A stretch of 64,000 bases of DNA, taken from contig CM074814.1 in the NCBI GenBank assembly GCA_037447605.1, positions 1,054,001-1,118,000 of the forward strand. Reading direction: 5' to 3'. The DNA comes from Zygnema circumcarinatum SAG 698-1b (lineage: Eukaryota > Plantae > Zygnematophyceae). Both the position numbers and the translations under genes were made by a program. This document shows, piece by piece, positions 1-33,041 of this stretch. A model generated the notes under the pieces. The model searched no databases. It saw only the letters and a program-made list of their open reading frames with translations, and was not told the origin of the DNA. Positions within the stretch are counted from its first letter, which is position 1. Each line of letters starts with the position of its first letter.

Positions 1-130
1 AGCAGATTAGGCAGTTATGATGGAGCTCACCATCGCTTGCATCTGAGAGCCTTACTCAGATATTGCTGGAAAACAGGGGCAGCACTGCAAGTAAAGCAAA
101 TGACCCTTTTCACGGGCTGAGGGCATGAAG

Positions 131-6442
<6,312 letters not shown>

Positions 6443-7034
6443 GGCGAGCTGAAGCAGGTGCATGCGTGTCAGGGGGGGAGATTTTGGCAAACGCGTTGTT
6501 CCTTTTGATGAGCTTCTGTATTATGAAGGAACGGCAGTGTATAGCAATCGGAAAGCTACTCGGCGAGATTTCTAAACTCAATCTGCACTGGCTTGCTTTG
6601 GAAGAGGGGAGACTTCTCGTCAATCCATAAGCAAAGCTGGCTTGGAACTGATCAACCACAGCAAGCAATGTTGTCCACCGGCTTAGTGGCTGGCTTATTG
6701 AAGTCGCTGTGTGGCGAAAGATGTTCGGCTAGAACTGACACGCCTAAAAATCCATGTGCCAAATAGAGAAGGCAGGCAACGAAAGTAAACCGCACGAGCG
6801 ACCAAAGGTCTCAGAGTCCTCACTTGCCCAATGCCACATCGCAACAGCCTCGTTGAAAGTGCCTAGGTGGTGAATCGCTTAATTGGGAAATCGACAGAGT
6901 TTGCCTTTGAGCTTTTGCTCTCAATTTGTCCGTGGAAGTTCCTAAACCTTTAACAGTGTCGAAGACACTCATTTCAAATGGAGCCAAATTCGAAAAGCGG
7001 TCCAAAGCCGCGCGCGAAACATCGGGAAAGTGGC

Positions 7035-7170
7035 CGTCGGATATGCCACGTAAGCCCGTGTGAGATTCAGACCGTTGGATATGTCACGTGGAACCCGTGT
7101 GAGATTCAGACTGTTGGATATGTCACGTGGACTCGTGTAAGATGTAGACTGTTGGATATGCCACGCGGAC
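7035..7170. repeat. Tandem repeat, 38-39 bp unit, about 3.5 copies
   Basis: Adjacent units of (c/t)gttggatatg(t/c)cacgtgg..cgtgtgagattcagac start at 7035, 7073, 7112 and 7150 (partial), with no spacers. Confidence 0.9.
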
Positions 7171-7211
7171 AAGTGTGGACTCGACATGGCCCATATCATC
7201 CACTGCGCGAA

Positions 7212-7740
7212 TACAGTAGGACCCCATCATATTTTCCACCTACATTTGGCAAAAATCGGGCGAAAATATTGTTTTTGGCAAATATAAGGTCCGTGTTACC
7301 AATAGGCGAGCGGAATTATGTTAGAGTTCATGTATGTTCGTACGTATCGTATCGTATCGTTTTCTGGAATATCGTACCGCATCGTACCGTATCGTTTAAA
7401 TTCGAGCGCGTAACGGCTACAACAGCTCGTACGGCTAGTACGGATAGTACCGTATCGGGGCGTTTCGTATCGTGTCGTATCGTAACGAAGCCAATAACAA
7501 GGGGAGAGGAGTGAGCGCCTCTTACGGCGGCACGAGCGGGGAGATTAGGTGAGTTTTGCGTAAGCCCGTGACGGCTAGTACAGCTAGTACGGCTAGTACG
7601 AATAGTACGGATTGTATGAACTGTACGAAATGTACGGCTAACACGAAGTTACCGTACAAAAAAGTGGTTTCGGCAAAATTGGTGCGAATTTATTGGTGAC
7701 GCAAATGTTGAGGTGGAAAATATGATGGGGTCCTACTGTA
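7212..7740. mobile_element. MITE, Tc1/mariner (pogo-like) type, 525 bp plus TA target-site duplication
   Basis: 7212-7241 (tacagtaggaccccatcatattttccacct) is the exact reverse complement of 7711-7740. Structure is TA|CAGT...ACTG|TA. The interior is non-coding, built of gtacggcta and tatcg micro-repeats. Confidence 0.88.
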
Positions 7741-8081
7741 CAGAACGGTGCTCCGTTTCGTAGGTTCAGAACAGGAAAACTATAATTGCGTTCCATGTGG
7801 TCCACGCCGTGACGAATAACGACCGGAGAACTCTGTTCCATGCGATTCACGCCGTGATATGTGACACCGTTGCCAGCAGCGGTGAACTGCTGCACGAATC
7901 CGCGCTGGGCCTTTGCTGACTTAACAGTCGAACATCAACCAATGAGAATGCGTCACGTGGAATCGTTTGTCCACGTAGCGAACGTTTATTGGCTTATGCT
8001 CAGTATGTTCGTAAAGGAGAATGGGCGAGTCGCGGTCGGTTTTCCTAACGTGCGCGAGACGGCGTTGAGCGCTCGTCTGCA

Positions 8082-8160
8082 CTCTCTCCCTCTCTCTCCC
8101 TCTCCCTCTCTCGTCCCTCTCACAGCGTTTCTCCCTCTCTCCTCTCACACTGCCCCTCTC
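8082..8160 (+). promoter_or_regulatory. CT-rich tract (Y-patch/GAGA-type) at the probable ASCC3 transcription start
   Basis: A (CT)n-rich run lies immediately upstream of gggccATGG at 8183. Similar CT/GA tracts occur at the 5' ends of most genes in the window. Confidence 0.45.
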
Positions 8161-8182
8161 GCTGCAGCTCCAAGAGGGGGCC

Positions 8183-23679
<15,497 letters not shown>

Positions 23680-24258
23680 AGGAAGGCATAATAGGAGAAG
23701 AGACTATTTCCGTTCCCTCGATCGATAAATCCCATAGCTGAACAGAGAGACGCTTTTCAGCGTTCAGTAGAACTGTTTGTAGTTTTCAAAGAGGGATTTT
23801 TTTTTGCAATGGTGAAAAGTAGGGCTGCATGGGACGGCGGAGGAGTAGGGATTGCTGCTGCTGTAGCATAGTGCTGTACTTTATCTCAAAGCTGTCATAA
23901 GCTCTGCTTAGCCGGCTTTCAAAATTTCCGGTCAAAGTGTTTTCATTGTTGCCATACTGCCATGCTTTAGGAAACGACGTGTGGAAGTTTTTCATGATGA
24001 ACGATGTATAGACGATGTGTTCATCAGATGAGTTTGTGAAGCAATCTATGGCTCCACATCTCACTTGCATGTGCAATTCAAAAAAGGATTAAAATTCCCA
24101 CAACACGTGGTGCCTTTCCTCAACACCAGCTCACTAAATTTACACAGCTCACGCCACTAGTCAGGGTCGGTTGTGGCCCTAACTTGGGCCGACCATTTAC
24201 AAAAAAAAAAAACCAAATAAATTTTCAGCAAGATAAGCACAAGTCAAAACCTCAGCTA

Positions 24259-26343
24259 TCACAAAAGCTGTGGGAGCGTGTCTCCTCCTTTCCTCACATC
24301 ACTCGGCGCAGTCACCACAAAGGAATCCGCCATCTTCACAAAGGTATTCCTCACGGCATCCCAGGAGCTCTCGGGCGTCTGAGCGTTTAGGGAGTACAGC
24401 AGGTCTTGATATGCCGCATAAACAGATACGTTATGGCGGAAAAAGCTTGGGCCCTTCACAATGTACTCCAGCGTGTAATAGAGGACACTCCCCTCTCTCC
24501 TTTCTGAGGCATCCACGAGGATGGCTACTTTATCGGAGCCGGGAGGAGCAATGATCTTTCCAAGAATCCTCTCCCCAGCCTCACTCGGCTCCCCAAGCAT
24601 TTCCAGACTGCTCAGGAACAGAAGTTGAATGTTAGGGAAGGCAGGAAGAACACAGGCAATAGTCGAACGCAGTTTTAAAAGTAGAAGTCATCTCTAATTA
24701 GGATGAATTACATGAAATGAATCGCCCAGATTCATATGGGGTCTAGAGAACGAGGAAAAAGAAAAAGTGAACACAAGGACAAGAGTGACTAAGAAGATGA
24801 GAAAGAGAGAAACAGCCACGCTTTGCTAGCTGTAGAAAGACGTACATTCAATAAAAATGCAAAAAAGAATGGACGATCGTGTGCAATTCAAAGCCATCAC
24901 CTTGAATCACGACAGCTGTCAAACGGATACATGCAAGGTATAGAGTGCACTGGACATGCCTCCCTTTAGGATAGGACTGAAATTAAACCTGCCGGATATG
25001 CAACCTGCAGTGGGGAAAGTGGCACTCACGAGAAGCCCGAGGCAACAGGCGCCACCACCACACTGACATTCAGTTCACCATCGCTTCCCGGAGGGCCGTA
25101 GGCAACAAGAGGCTCCACAATTGAGTTTCTTCGGGCTCGTGACTGTTCAATTCGGAGAGATGGCAGGTCCAAATTGCGCTCTCTCTCAGCTCTTTCCACT
25201 GCGCGATAAAGTAGACGCTGATCGCCCACCCATCGAGCAGGATATATGAATTCTGCGCACCATCTCTACATGTCTGACTTAGACAAGCGACTCAATGCAA
25301 AGCATGTCACATCAACTGTTTCTTGATGCGCCATTAGGATATAGCTCAGCTATCTGCTGCCTGCCAACACTGAAAAGCATCAAAGCATGGCCCTGTTGAA
25401 GGTGCATGATAAACGTGCTGCTGCCATTTGCCCATCTCCTGTCCATGTCCCTGCCATCAACAAAGGCGTTTACTCGATGAGCCCAGAGCAGCCTCATGCC
25501 AGAGTCCTCCCTTCGCCTGCTGCAGCCGAAAGCCAAGACGTTGATTTATTGACAAATGGTCGAGTACACCGTCCCCACCTTTGGCATTCCATCGGCACTT
25601 TCTGCTACTAGTGGCTAGTGCAAAGTGCAGTCCGAGTCCTACATTGCCACCTACAGAATTCGCCCTTATTGTTGAAAAAAGGCACAGTAAACATGGCCCA
25701 TGATAGTCTGAGGCTGGGCTCAGGTCAATACGGAACTTAAGTTGGGAATGTTTGGAAACTCACCAAATCCTCGACTTGATTCCACACATCGTTTAAAACC
25801 CTGTATGGGAAAAATTAAGTCAGCTCGAGAATTCCGAAAAAAGGAAGGATTCAGGCCCAGAAGCAGGCTTGTAATTCCTGCTAGATTCCCTCCTAAGACT
25901 ACCGAAGTTCCCACAAGTCCTGCTACAATAATGCGCCGAGCTGGCTGCTGCCCGGACCCCCAAAGCTCGTCCCTGCCTTCAGCTACTCTACTCCTTCCAG
26001 TTGCAAATTCTGCCTTTCCTTCGAGGCCGCCTTTCTCTCTTCCATTGCTGGAAGACACCCTTGCATTTTTCTCTTCTTGCTCTCCTTCACCTGCATCTGC
26101 TGCTACAACAGTCCTCCAGTATGTTTGGCGACCCCTTTTTTGACATCCTGAGAAGGGATGCGACGCAATTTGCACAGTCAAGCCAGAACAGGGGCAAGTT
26201 TTCTGCAAAGCACGCCATTTTACTGTCAAGCGTGAAGCTATACAGCCATGGCGGGCTTGAATGTCAGAAACCCTCCATGCGGCAGCTGGAGAGGCCCTTA
26301 CAGCAGTGCTTTGCTGCGCAAGAAAGGCCGTGTGACTTCTCAT
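24259..26343 (-). CDS. PPD7: PsbP domain-containing protein 7, chloroplast thylakoid lumen, 3 exons
   Basis: A transit-peptide-like N-terminus is followed by VVLGGNLAGITSLLLG, EFIYPARWVGDQRLLYRA, EPLVAYGPPGSDGELNVSVVVAPV and RHNVSV..LYSLNAQTPES, matching the recalled At3g05410-type PPD7. Introns are GT-AG. Confidence 0.88.
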
Positions 26344-26348
26344 TCTGC

Positions 26349-26357
26349 AAACCCTAA
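26349..26357 (+). promoter_or_regulatory. Telo-box (AAACCCTAA) in the PPD7/LSM7 divergent spacer
   Basis: Exact aaaccctaa. Telo-boxes are established plant cis-elements of translation and RNA-processing genes. Function here is untested. Confidence 0.45.
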
Positions 26358-26736
26358 TATCTCTTCAGCCTAGCAGAAGAGACCATGTCATACGATACGT
26401 AGTTTCTCCTTTCCCCCCGTCGCCTTCTTTACTCCTTGGACCTTTCCTCGCCTTTCTTCTCCCTCCGTCCACATACATTCGTGCGCTTTCCGCTCGATGG
26501 TCAGAGAAAAGGTTTTCACTGCCTCCGCACCTCTCTGCGCGCTGCGGTGAGCCCCTCTATACTGAAGCCTTATTTACCGACCTGCTTCTTCTGCGCCATC
26601 GGCCGCTCTGAACGCAGATGCGAGCGTCTTCCTCTCCTAAACGCTGCTTTTGGAGAAGGAGGAGGAGGGAGATCCCAGCCATATGCAAGTTCCATTAGGA
26701 GGGTCGCATTAGGAAAGCCTTGTTGATTTTAGTGAA

Positions 26737-28517
26737 ATGGTGAGTGAATCTGCATCTCTGCTGTTTCCTGCAACTCTCTCCACGCTTTAAGTGCAAGGGA
26801 GCTGGCAAGGGATTCACGGTCCCTTCTTTAGCCACGAAAGGAGCCTCCTTGTCTTCTCCAAGACTGAAAGCCTTGGGCCATATTTGAATATGCGTAAGGG
26901 TGGCAGCTCAAGATGAGGTGACAGAGAGAGAGATAGAGAGTGAGAGAGAGAGAGGATGAGTGGTTGCGAATGAGCTCTGAAGAGGGGCCTTTGGACGAAT
27001 GCAGTCAGGACGCAAAGAGACCGTGCTGGACCTCGCCAAATTCGTGGACAAAGGCGTCTGCGTAAAGCTGAGTGGAGGGCGGCAAGGTGACCAATTTGCA
27101 GTCTTCTTGGATTGGCTGTGTATATTTCCTATGCCAAATGTGCTGAATAACTTTTTTAATGCGAGAAAAGTTGAAATTTGCTGTCGCAAGCTGCAGTAAA
27201 AATTGCTTAGGCTAACTTTCTGTCCATTTCATTGCTTGTGCAGTGGTTGGAACGTTGAAAGGCTATGACCAGCTAGTCAATCTTGTGCTCGACGAAGCAA
27301 TGGAGCTTGAAAGAGGTAACAAGCATCTGCAATATTTTCCTCATTTTCTATCATTCTGTTTTTGCCATGCGGAGATAATCTGCAGTGTTAATGCTTGACG
27401 AAGGAGAGTTAGCCATTTGGCCAGAAAAGAATGTGAATAATTCGATAAAGTTTCTAGTAGTTAATAAGTGAGGTAGCTTTGCAATGACTGGCATGGACTA
27501 TCTGGCCCAGGAGCAAAAAGGCTTTTTTAAAATTCATAATCAGACAAAGGTTGACCTTGGTATTAGCAACGCATTTGGGAAGAGAAGAATACCGGTGCCT
27601 CTTTATGAATGTTGTTAATCTATATTCACAGGAAGGTTGACTTTATAAAAAACAGATGTCTACAGTAATGTAAGTGGTGCAGGAGTCGTGTTGGCAGTGA
27701 AAAATGTGCCTGATGAGAAACAGATGTGGCAGAACCCAGGGCTCGAGACAACTAGGGAGTATGAGGAATTTGAATTGGTGAATGTCTGCTGGGGATTATA
27801 GGACAGTGAACCGTGGATTGCTTTTAGGCTGTGCATAGTATTGCCCGAACTCGTAGCTGCTAGACACCTTCGTCGGGGGATCAAGCCTAAAAGGGGCATG
27901 GAGCATGGCCAGTCGTTGTATCCAGCTTAAAGCCATTTCTATTGGCAGCACTTATCTCTTTACTGTTCAAACACGTCCAACAGCTTGCGTAGAAATTGAC
28001 TGTGTTATCTGCAAATGTTTTGGCGGCAGATGCTGAAGATCCGTTGAAAACGACGGAGCAGAAAAGGCCTCTTGGACTTATTGTATGTTTCCTTCTACAA
28101 TGCCACCACCCATTCTTTGCTGCCTGTTATCTGACAGTCTCCAATGGACTCGAGTTGGTTTCAAATGCCACTTATTCTCCTTTCTTGGTCCCCGAGTAAG
28201 CCCATACTTTGCAAGGATGCTTGTCTCTCATTCTCTCGGTGAGACCCGCTCCTCTTCTCCAGCAAGTATGTCTGCGGGCTTCTCTGTGCTGCACAGGATC
28301 TCAAGATCTCATGCAAGGCATCAGGCATTTAGTTCTTTATTCAGATCTTCATTTTGACTGCCGTGATAACCACTGAAAGCTCCCCTTCCCTTCCTCCCTC
28401 TCCCCTCCCTCTCTCTTCCAGGTCTGCCGAGGCACAGCGGTGATGCTGGTGTCTCCCACGGATGGGACTGAGGAAATCGCAAATCCCTTTTTGCCACCCA
28501 CAGAGGGGGGAGCATAG
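26737..28517 (+). CDS. LSM7: Sm-like protein LSM7, 5 exons, first coding exon is ATG only
   Basis: Spliced product: M|SGRKETVLDLAKFVDKGVCVKLSGGRQ|VVGTLKGYDQLVNLVLDEAMELER|DAEDPLKTTEQKRPLGLI|VCRGTAVMLVSPTDGTEEIANPF. ATG|gtgagt lies at 26737-26745. Confidence 0.96.
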
Positions 28518-29008
28518 CTGTACGGCAACCTCAAAAAAAAAAAGTGCCAGAAACAAATGCTGCTGTTCCTTTCTACAAGATTCAACCAAAAAAAAAATAA
28601 GTTTCTTCTTTGTTGTCTTGGTCCTTTCGGGACAAGGGAGCGCAGTGTGCTATTTTGCAAATTACACATACATGAGCTATATATGAGCATATATGTTCGA
28701 GCTTAAAGTGCATAAGGTTCCTCCAGAAATGATCTACCGATTTACAGAATGCTATAAATGCCAAATTTCAACCTTTTTCAATGTCAGGCAAAGCCTCCAG
28801 CGATGCTGACGTACGCATTTAAAAAGAAAATATATAAAAACTGTACTGCATCTGATAATTTGCAAACAGAAGCCCTTCAAACAGAAGCCCTTCCACGATC
28901 TTCCGACCCCGCATGTGAGCGATGACCCATGACATGGCATGACCAGGGGCCCATGCCCATGACATCAATGTCATATTACAGACATGGTCATTCTGCAAAA
29001 ACGCGATA

Positions 29009-31963
29009 TCACGCAGAGGGACATATGTCCCTGAAAAAATTGATATGGAAGCGCAGCCCTTCGGTGCTGTCATCGCGGCAGAGCAGTCCTGCTCGAAGCC
29101 CCATCCAACCCCCACGCATCATAAGCCTTCCACCAGCACATCGCCATCACATAGCCGACAACCCGAAAATGCATGAATGCACAGAGCCTGCCTGCCTTCC
29201 TTCCTTCGCTATCGCAGCTCTCAATGATCCATACACGCCCTGCTTTACCTCGGCTGACGAAGCAAGGGAAGGACTTGACAGGCCTTAAGGTGGATGATGT
29301 GTTTAGGGTTTCTTGGCGGCAATGGAAGGGAGTAATTAGAGTCACTCTCACCTCTGCTCTCAGCCGCCAAAAGCTCCTCCTTTGCGAGGGCAGGCGCAAC
29401 CTCTAGGGCTCTCGCCACATCACTCGCACTCACTCCCACCTCCGGCCCTCCCGCCTCCTTCACCAGCTGCACAATCCGTGCCGACACCTGCACTGGAAGA
29501 AACACTCTCATTCATGGTTCTGCTAACGTCAAACTCTTTGAACTTTTCAGATAGACAACACATTTTCTGGGCAAGAAGGGGTGAAAACACTTCAGGACTA
29601 TCGCAAATGACGAGACAGTTGGTAGAGAGAGGTAAGCTTTTCCAAGGACGGAAAGGATAAGAAGACCCCCGCGATCAGAGCAAAGTTGTAAAGGACAAAT
29701 TTGATAAAACTAGAGGCAGATACATGCTTACCTCATCTTCATTCCGCGTTTTTCTCTGAATAACTGCTACTCCGCTGTCAAATCGGCGCAACTTCATCGG
29801 CCTGCCATCATTGTTTCCCCAACAGCCCTTCCTCAGCACCAGCATCACGTACACTAATATCAGACCAGCTACTTTACATGCGATTAACTGTTAAAACCAA
29901 CTCTTTGGCCCGCGAACTGCCGCTTATTCTATAACCAGTGGAGAAATGGATAGTATGTTGCCAAGAGGAAGATGCTAGCAAGTCGGGGTCATTAAGTTCA
30001 TGGTTCCATACACATCAATGGTGTCCCAAACAGCGCATGCTCGCAACATGTCTTCAGGGGATATCAGCTCTGTGTGCCATCCACTAGCAATCCATGCCAC
30101 GTGTCAGTCAATTGCTGGCGGCCATAAAAGTCACGGGGGCTCATGCTTAGGAGCGCATCAGCTTAGTTGTGGACTGCACAATATAGCCAATCATGGGAAT
30201 ACGATATTGTATTGATCTCATGATGCCCTCAATCATGCCATTTGTTTATTCAGAATAGCTTGCCATGTAGGTTTCAGTTTCCTTTCAAGTCAATCAACAA
30301 ACTCCGGGAGTGGAGCAGTCTACAGAAAGGTTGATCGCTGCGTCAAAATCACAACACTTGGCAGGCATTTTGGGTGGTATCCCGTATAGCAATACGACAC
30401 TCTCTTTATTGGTAAAGCGATGTATTTTAAGACAACAAACCCAGTTTTGTAAATGTAGACATAAAGTTAACAGTTGTAGTACTGTTACAGTACGCAAAAT
30501 CTTGGGCGGATTGAATGAGGTAACAGCATGTACAGGTGACTAACCAGTGCCCCGAGCTCGGTTGAAGAGGCAGTACGCATCCACCACAGCGAGCAAACCT
30601 CCTGCTTTTTGAAGTGGAGTCCGCAAGAAATCTGCCAGCTGACAGGGCCCGTGCAAGACGGCGAATGCTGAATGCCCTCAACTTTTGGAGTCAATAGCTA
30701 GGGCGTCCAACGCACGATTCGTGAATTGCTCTTGAATTACTTTCAGTTTCTCTCCCTTAAGAGGAGAAATGCATTTCTCAATGGTTTGTAATTGTGAGTA
30801 GAACTGATACCTGACGAGACAACTGCTGATGGTAATGAGCTCCGGCCGACTCTTTGGTGACAGGCGATACTATGCCCACACTAAGCAGCCAATCCTGCAT
30901 CTCTTCCTTTGACCCAAATTCGTCCTCGCTGGAAGTTGATAAAGTTGCAGGAGCCAAGAGCTTTGCCCTCATGCGCTCTGCAAGCTGCACCATGTCTTTG
31001 GCCTTGGCCTGCACAGGCCACGAACACACATCATCTGAAAAGTTTTGTTGAAAGATCTGAACATCAAAGTGCACATGCGGACGGGCCCATAGGAAATCGT
31101 GAAAGAGTGCAGAGCGTGACTACTCTATACAAACAGCGAACCTCTGAATATGCTGCTGACAATCAGTCAACACGCGCGACGCGCTTTTTTCCTATACAAC
31201 TTGAAAAAAAGTAATTTACGCATGGTGCAGACTCCTTGATGGACTTCTTTTTCCTGAAAACAGATATGTACTTGCTCAGCTCCAAGATGCAAGTCGTTCA
31301 CGGCCTCACCATAAGAGCATTCAAGTCGCTAAATGCGTCCTGTAAGCTCTTATCGGTCTCCTGCAAATTCTCTTTCTCCTTGCGAAGAATTCCGCCAACA
31401 CCCGCCATAGCTGGATTGAACTTGCTTGGTGCAGCTTTAGCAGCAGGATTCTGGAGACCCCCGTATCCGGATGGAACAGGGTCTGACTCCCATGCTCTCT
31501 CTTTATGAACCTGCATAAACTTTAGCACGAATGGATCAGGGCTGGCCTGTCCCCGAAACACCAGCACTATACTTGCTGTGGAGGTTCCGTCTGCCATGTT
31601 GCTGACATCCAAGGCACCTTCCTTTGTAGTATTCACTCGCAGCCGGAGGCGTGGCGATGCCCAAAGCTTTGCGAGAGATTTCTTGATGGGATTAACGCTT
31701 GTAACGGCTGCAAGAGGAAGGCTATGGCAGCGTCTTTCCTCAGCTTTTGGGGCTTCCACATCCATCCAAATGACACGGTGTGTGGTGAGGAAGGTGATGC
31801 CATGGCGGAGAGTGGCCTGCTCCATGACATCTCCATTCGTGTCCTCAAACTCAATACAGACAGACTCTATCAAATGACACTCCACCTCTGTCGGAAACAG
31901 CACAGGCCGCCCGCTCTCAGACACTCCAGCTGGCAGCAGCAACCGTGAAGCGAGGCCATCCAT
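29009..31963 (-). CDS. VPS36: ESCRT-II subunit VPS36 (GLUE plus winged-helix domains), about 7 exons
   Basis: Motifs [37 protein letters not shown]|[35 protein letters not shown]|[14 protein letters not shown]|[18 protein letters not shown] and [13 protein letters not shown]. Introns are GT-AG. Confidence 0.95.
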
Positions 31964-33041
31964 TTCGGAATCTCCAACGGCTTTCACAAAAGCGATTCTG
32001 CAAGAACCCGCATGGCTGCAGAAGGAGAGTCTCCCACACCCCTGTATCCCAGTGAAATTAGGGTTCACTCATCCAAGGCATGCATGGAGGCCATACTGCT
32101 GGCGGACAGGCGGTGCATAGACCCTGCCATCGCCATAGTCGCATAACATGTGCTGCTAATAATGCTTAGGGTCTCCAGCCCTCCCAATCCCCCTCCATCT
32201 CCCTCTCCCTCTCCCTCTCCCGCTCACTCTCCCTCTCCCTCTCCCCCTTCCCCTCCCTGCACGTGCCTCAGCTCCACAACAAGGTCCCCAGCGCATCCTC
32301 AATGGGAGCTATACTACATTGTCCAATGGTGGTTGCCACGTGGGCCATTTTTGACACGTGACGACTTTCCATTGGTTGGTGCCTACCTTTTGGCTCCCAG
32401 CGGCGTCGGGCCCCTCCAAAGGGTGGTCGGCCGAGCGCGAGTGACGACAAAATTTCCCTGCGGGCTTGCCACGCAACCGTGGGTACACCTTCGGATGGCC
32501 GCACGAGCGAAAATAGAATTCTAGATTATAAATAGGGAATTACAATTTACACACCTTTTCGTCTAGATACACCTTAAAAAAACCCCAATACCATAAAAAC
32601 CATAAAATAAAATCTGACCGGCGAAAAAAGGTGTGTATCTAGAAGAGAATGTGTGTCAATAGCATTTTCCTAAAATTAATTTTAAGAAATAATAACTTAC
32701 GGCCATAGGTGCACCCTTCGTACGGCAGTGTTCATACTGTACGGTTCTGTTGGCTAACAGGTACGAATTCCATGTGCGTGCGTTCCACGGCGGCGACGCT
32801 GCGCCCCTGCCGATGAGAGAGAGGGAGAGCCGCCATGGCGGTCTGTGAGACACGCCCTGCGAGCAGTCGAGCTGCATATTAGACGTGCACAGGGCTTAGA
32901 ATTTCTATTTTTTTTTGTAAGGTAGTTTTCAAAATTAGACTGTTTTTTCCATTTCCCTCTCTCTATATTTTTGTCTCCTTATTATCTGTATTTTACCCGT
33001 TATCTCTGCCTGTTCTGGATTTTAGTCCCTGAAGCACAAAC

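Noticed and set aside
7035-7170. CRISPR-like array of about 38-bp repeats
   Set aside because: The units are directly adjacent with no unique spacers, there are no cas genes, and the context is eukaryotic.
26737-27004. ATG-only first coding exon of LSM7 as an oddity
   Set aside because: Start-codon-only first exons are a common arrangement in Sm/LSm and other small housekeeping genes.
31964-32068. Upstream in-frame ATG extending VPS36 by 35 aa
   Set aside because: Similarity to plant VPS36 begins just after the ATG at 31963. The extension is not VPS36-like and overlaps a telo-box-like leader sequence.
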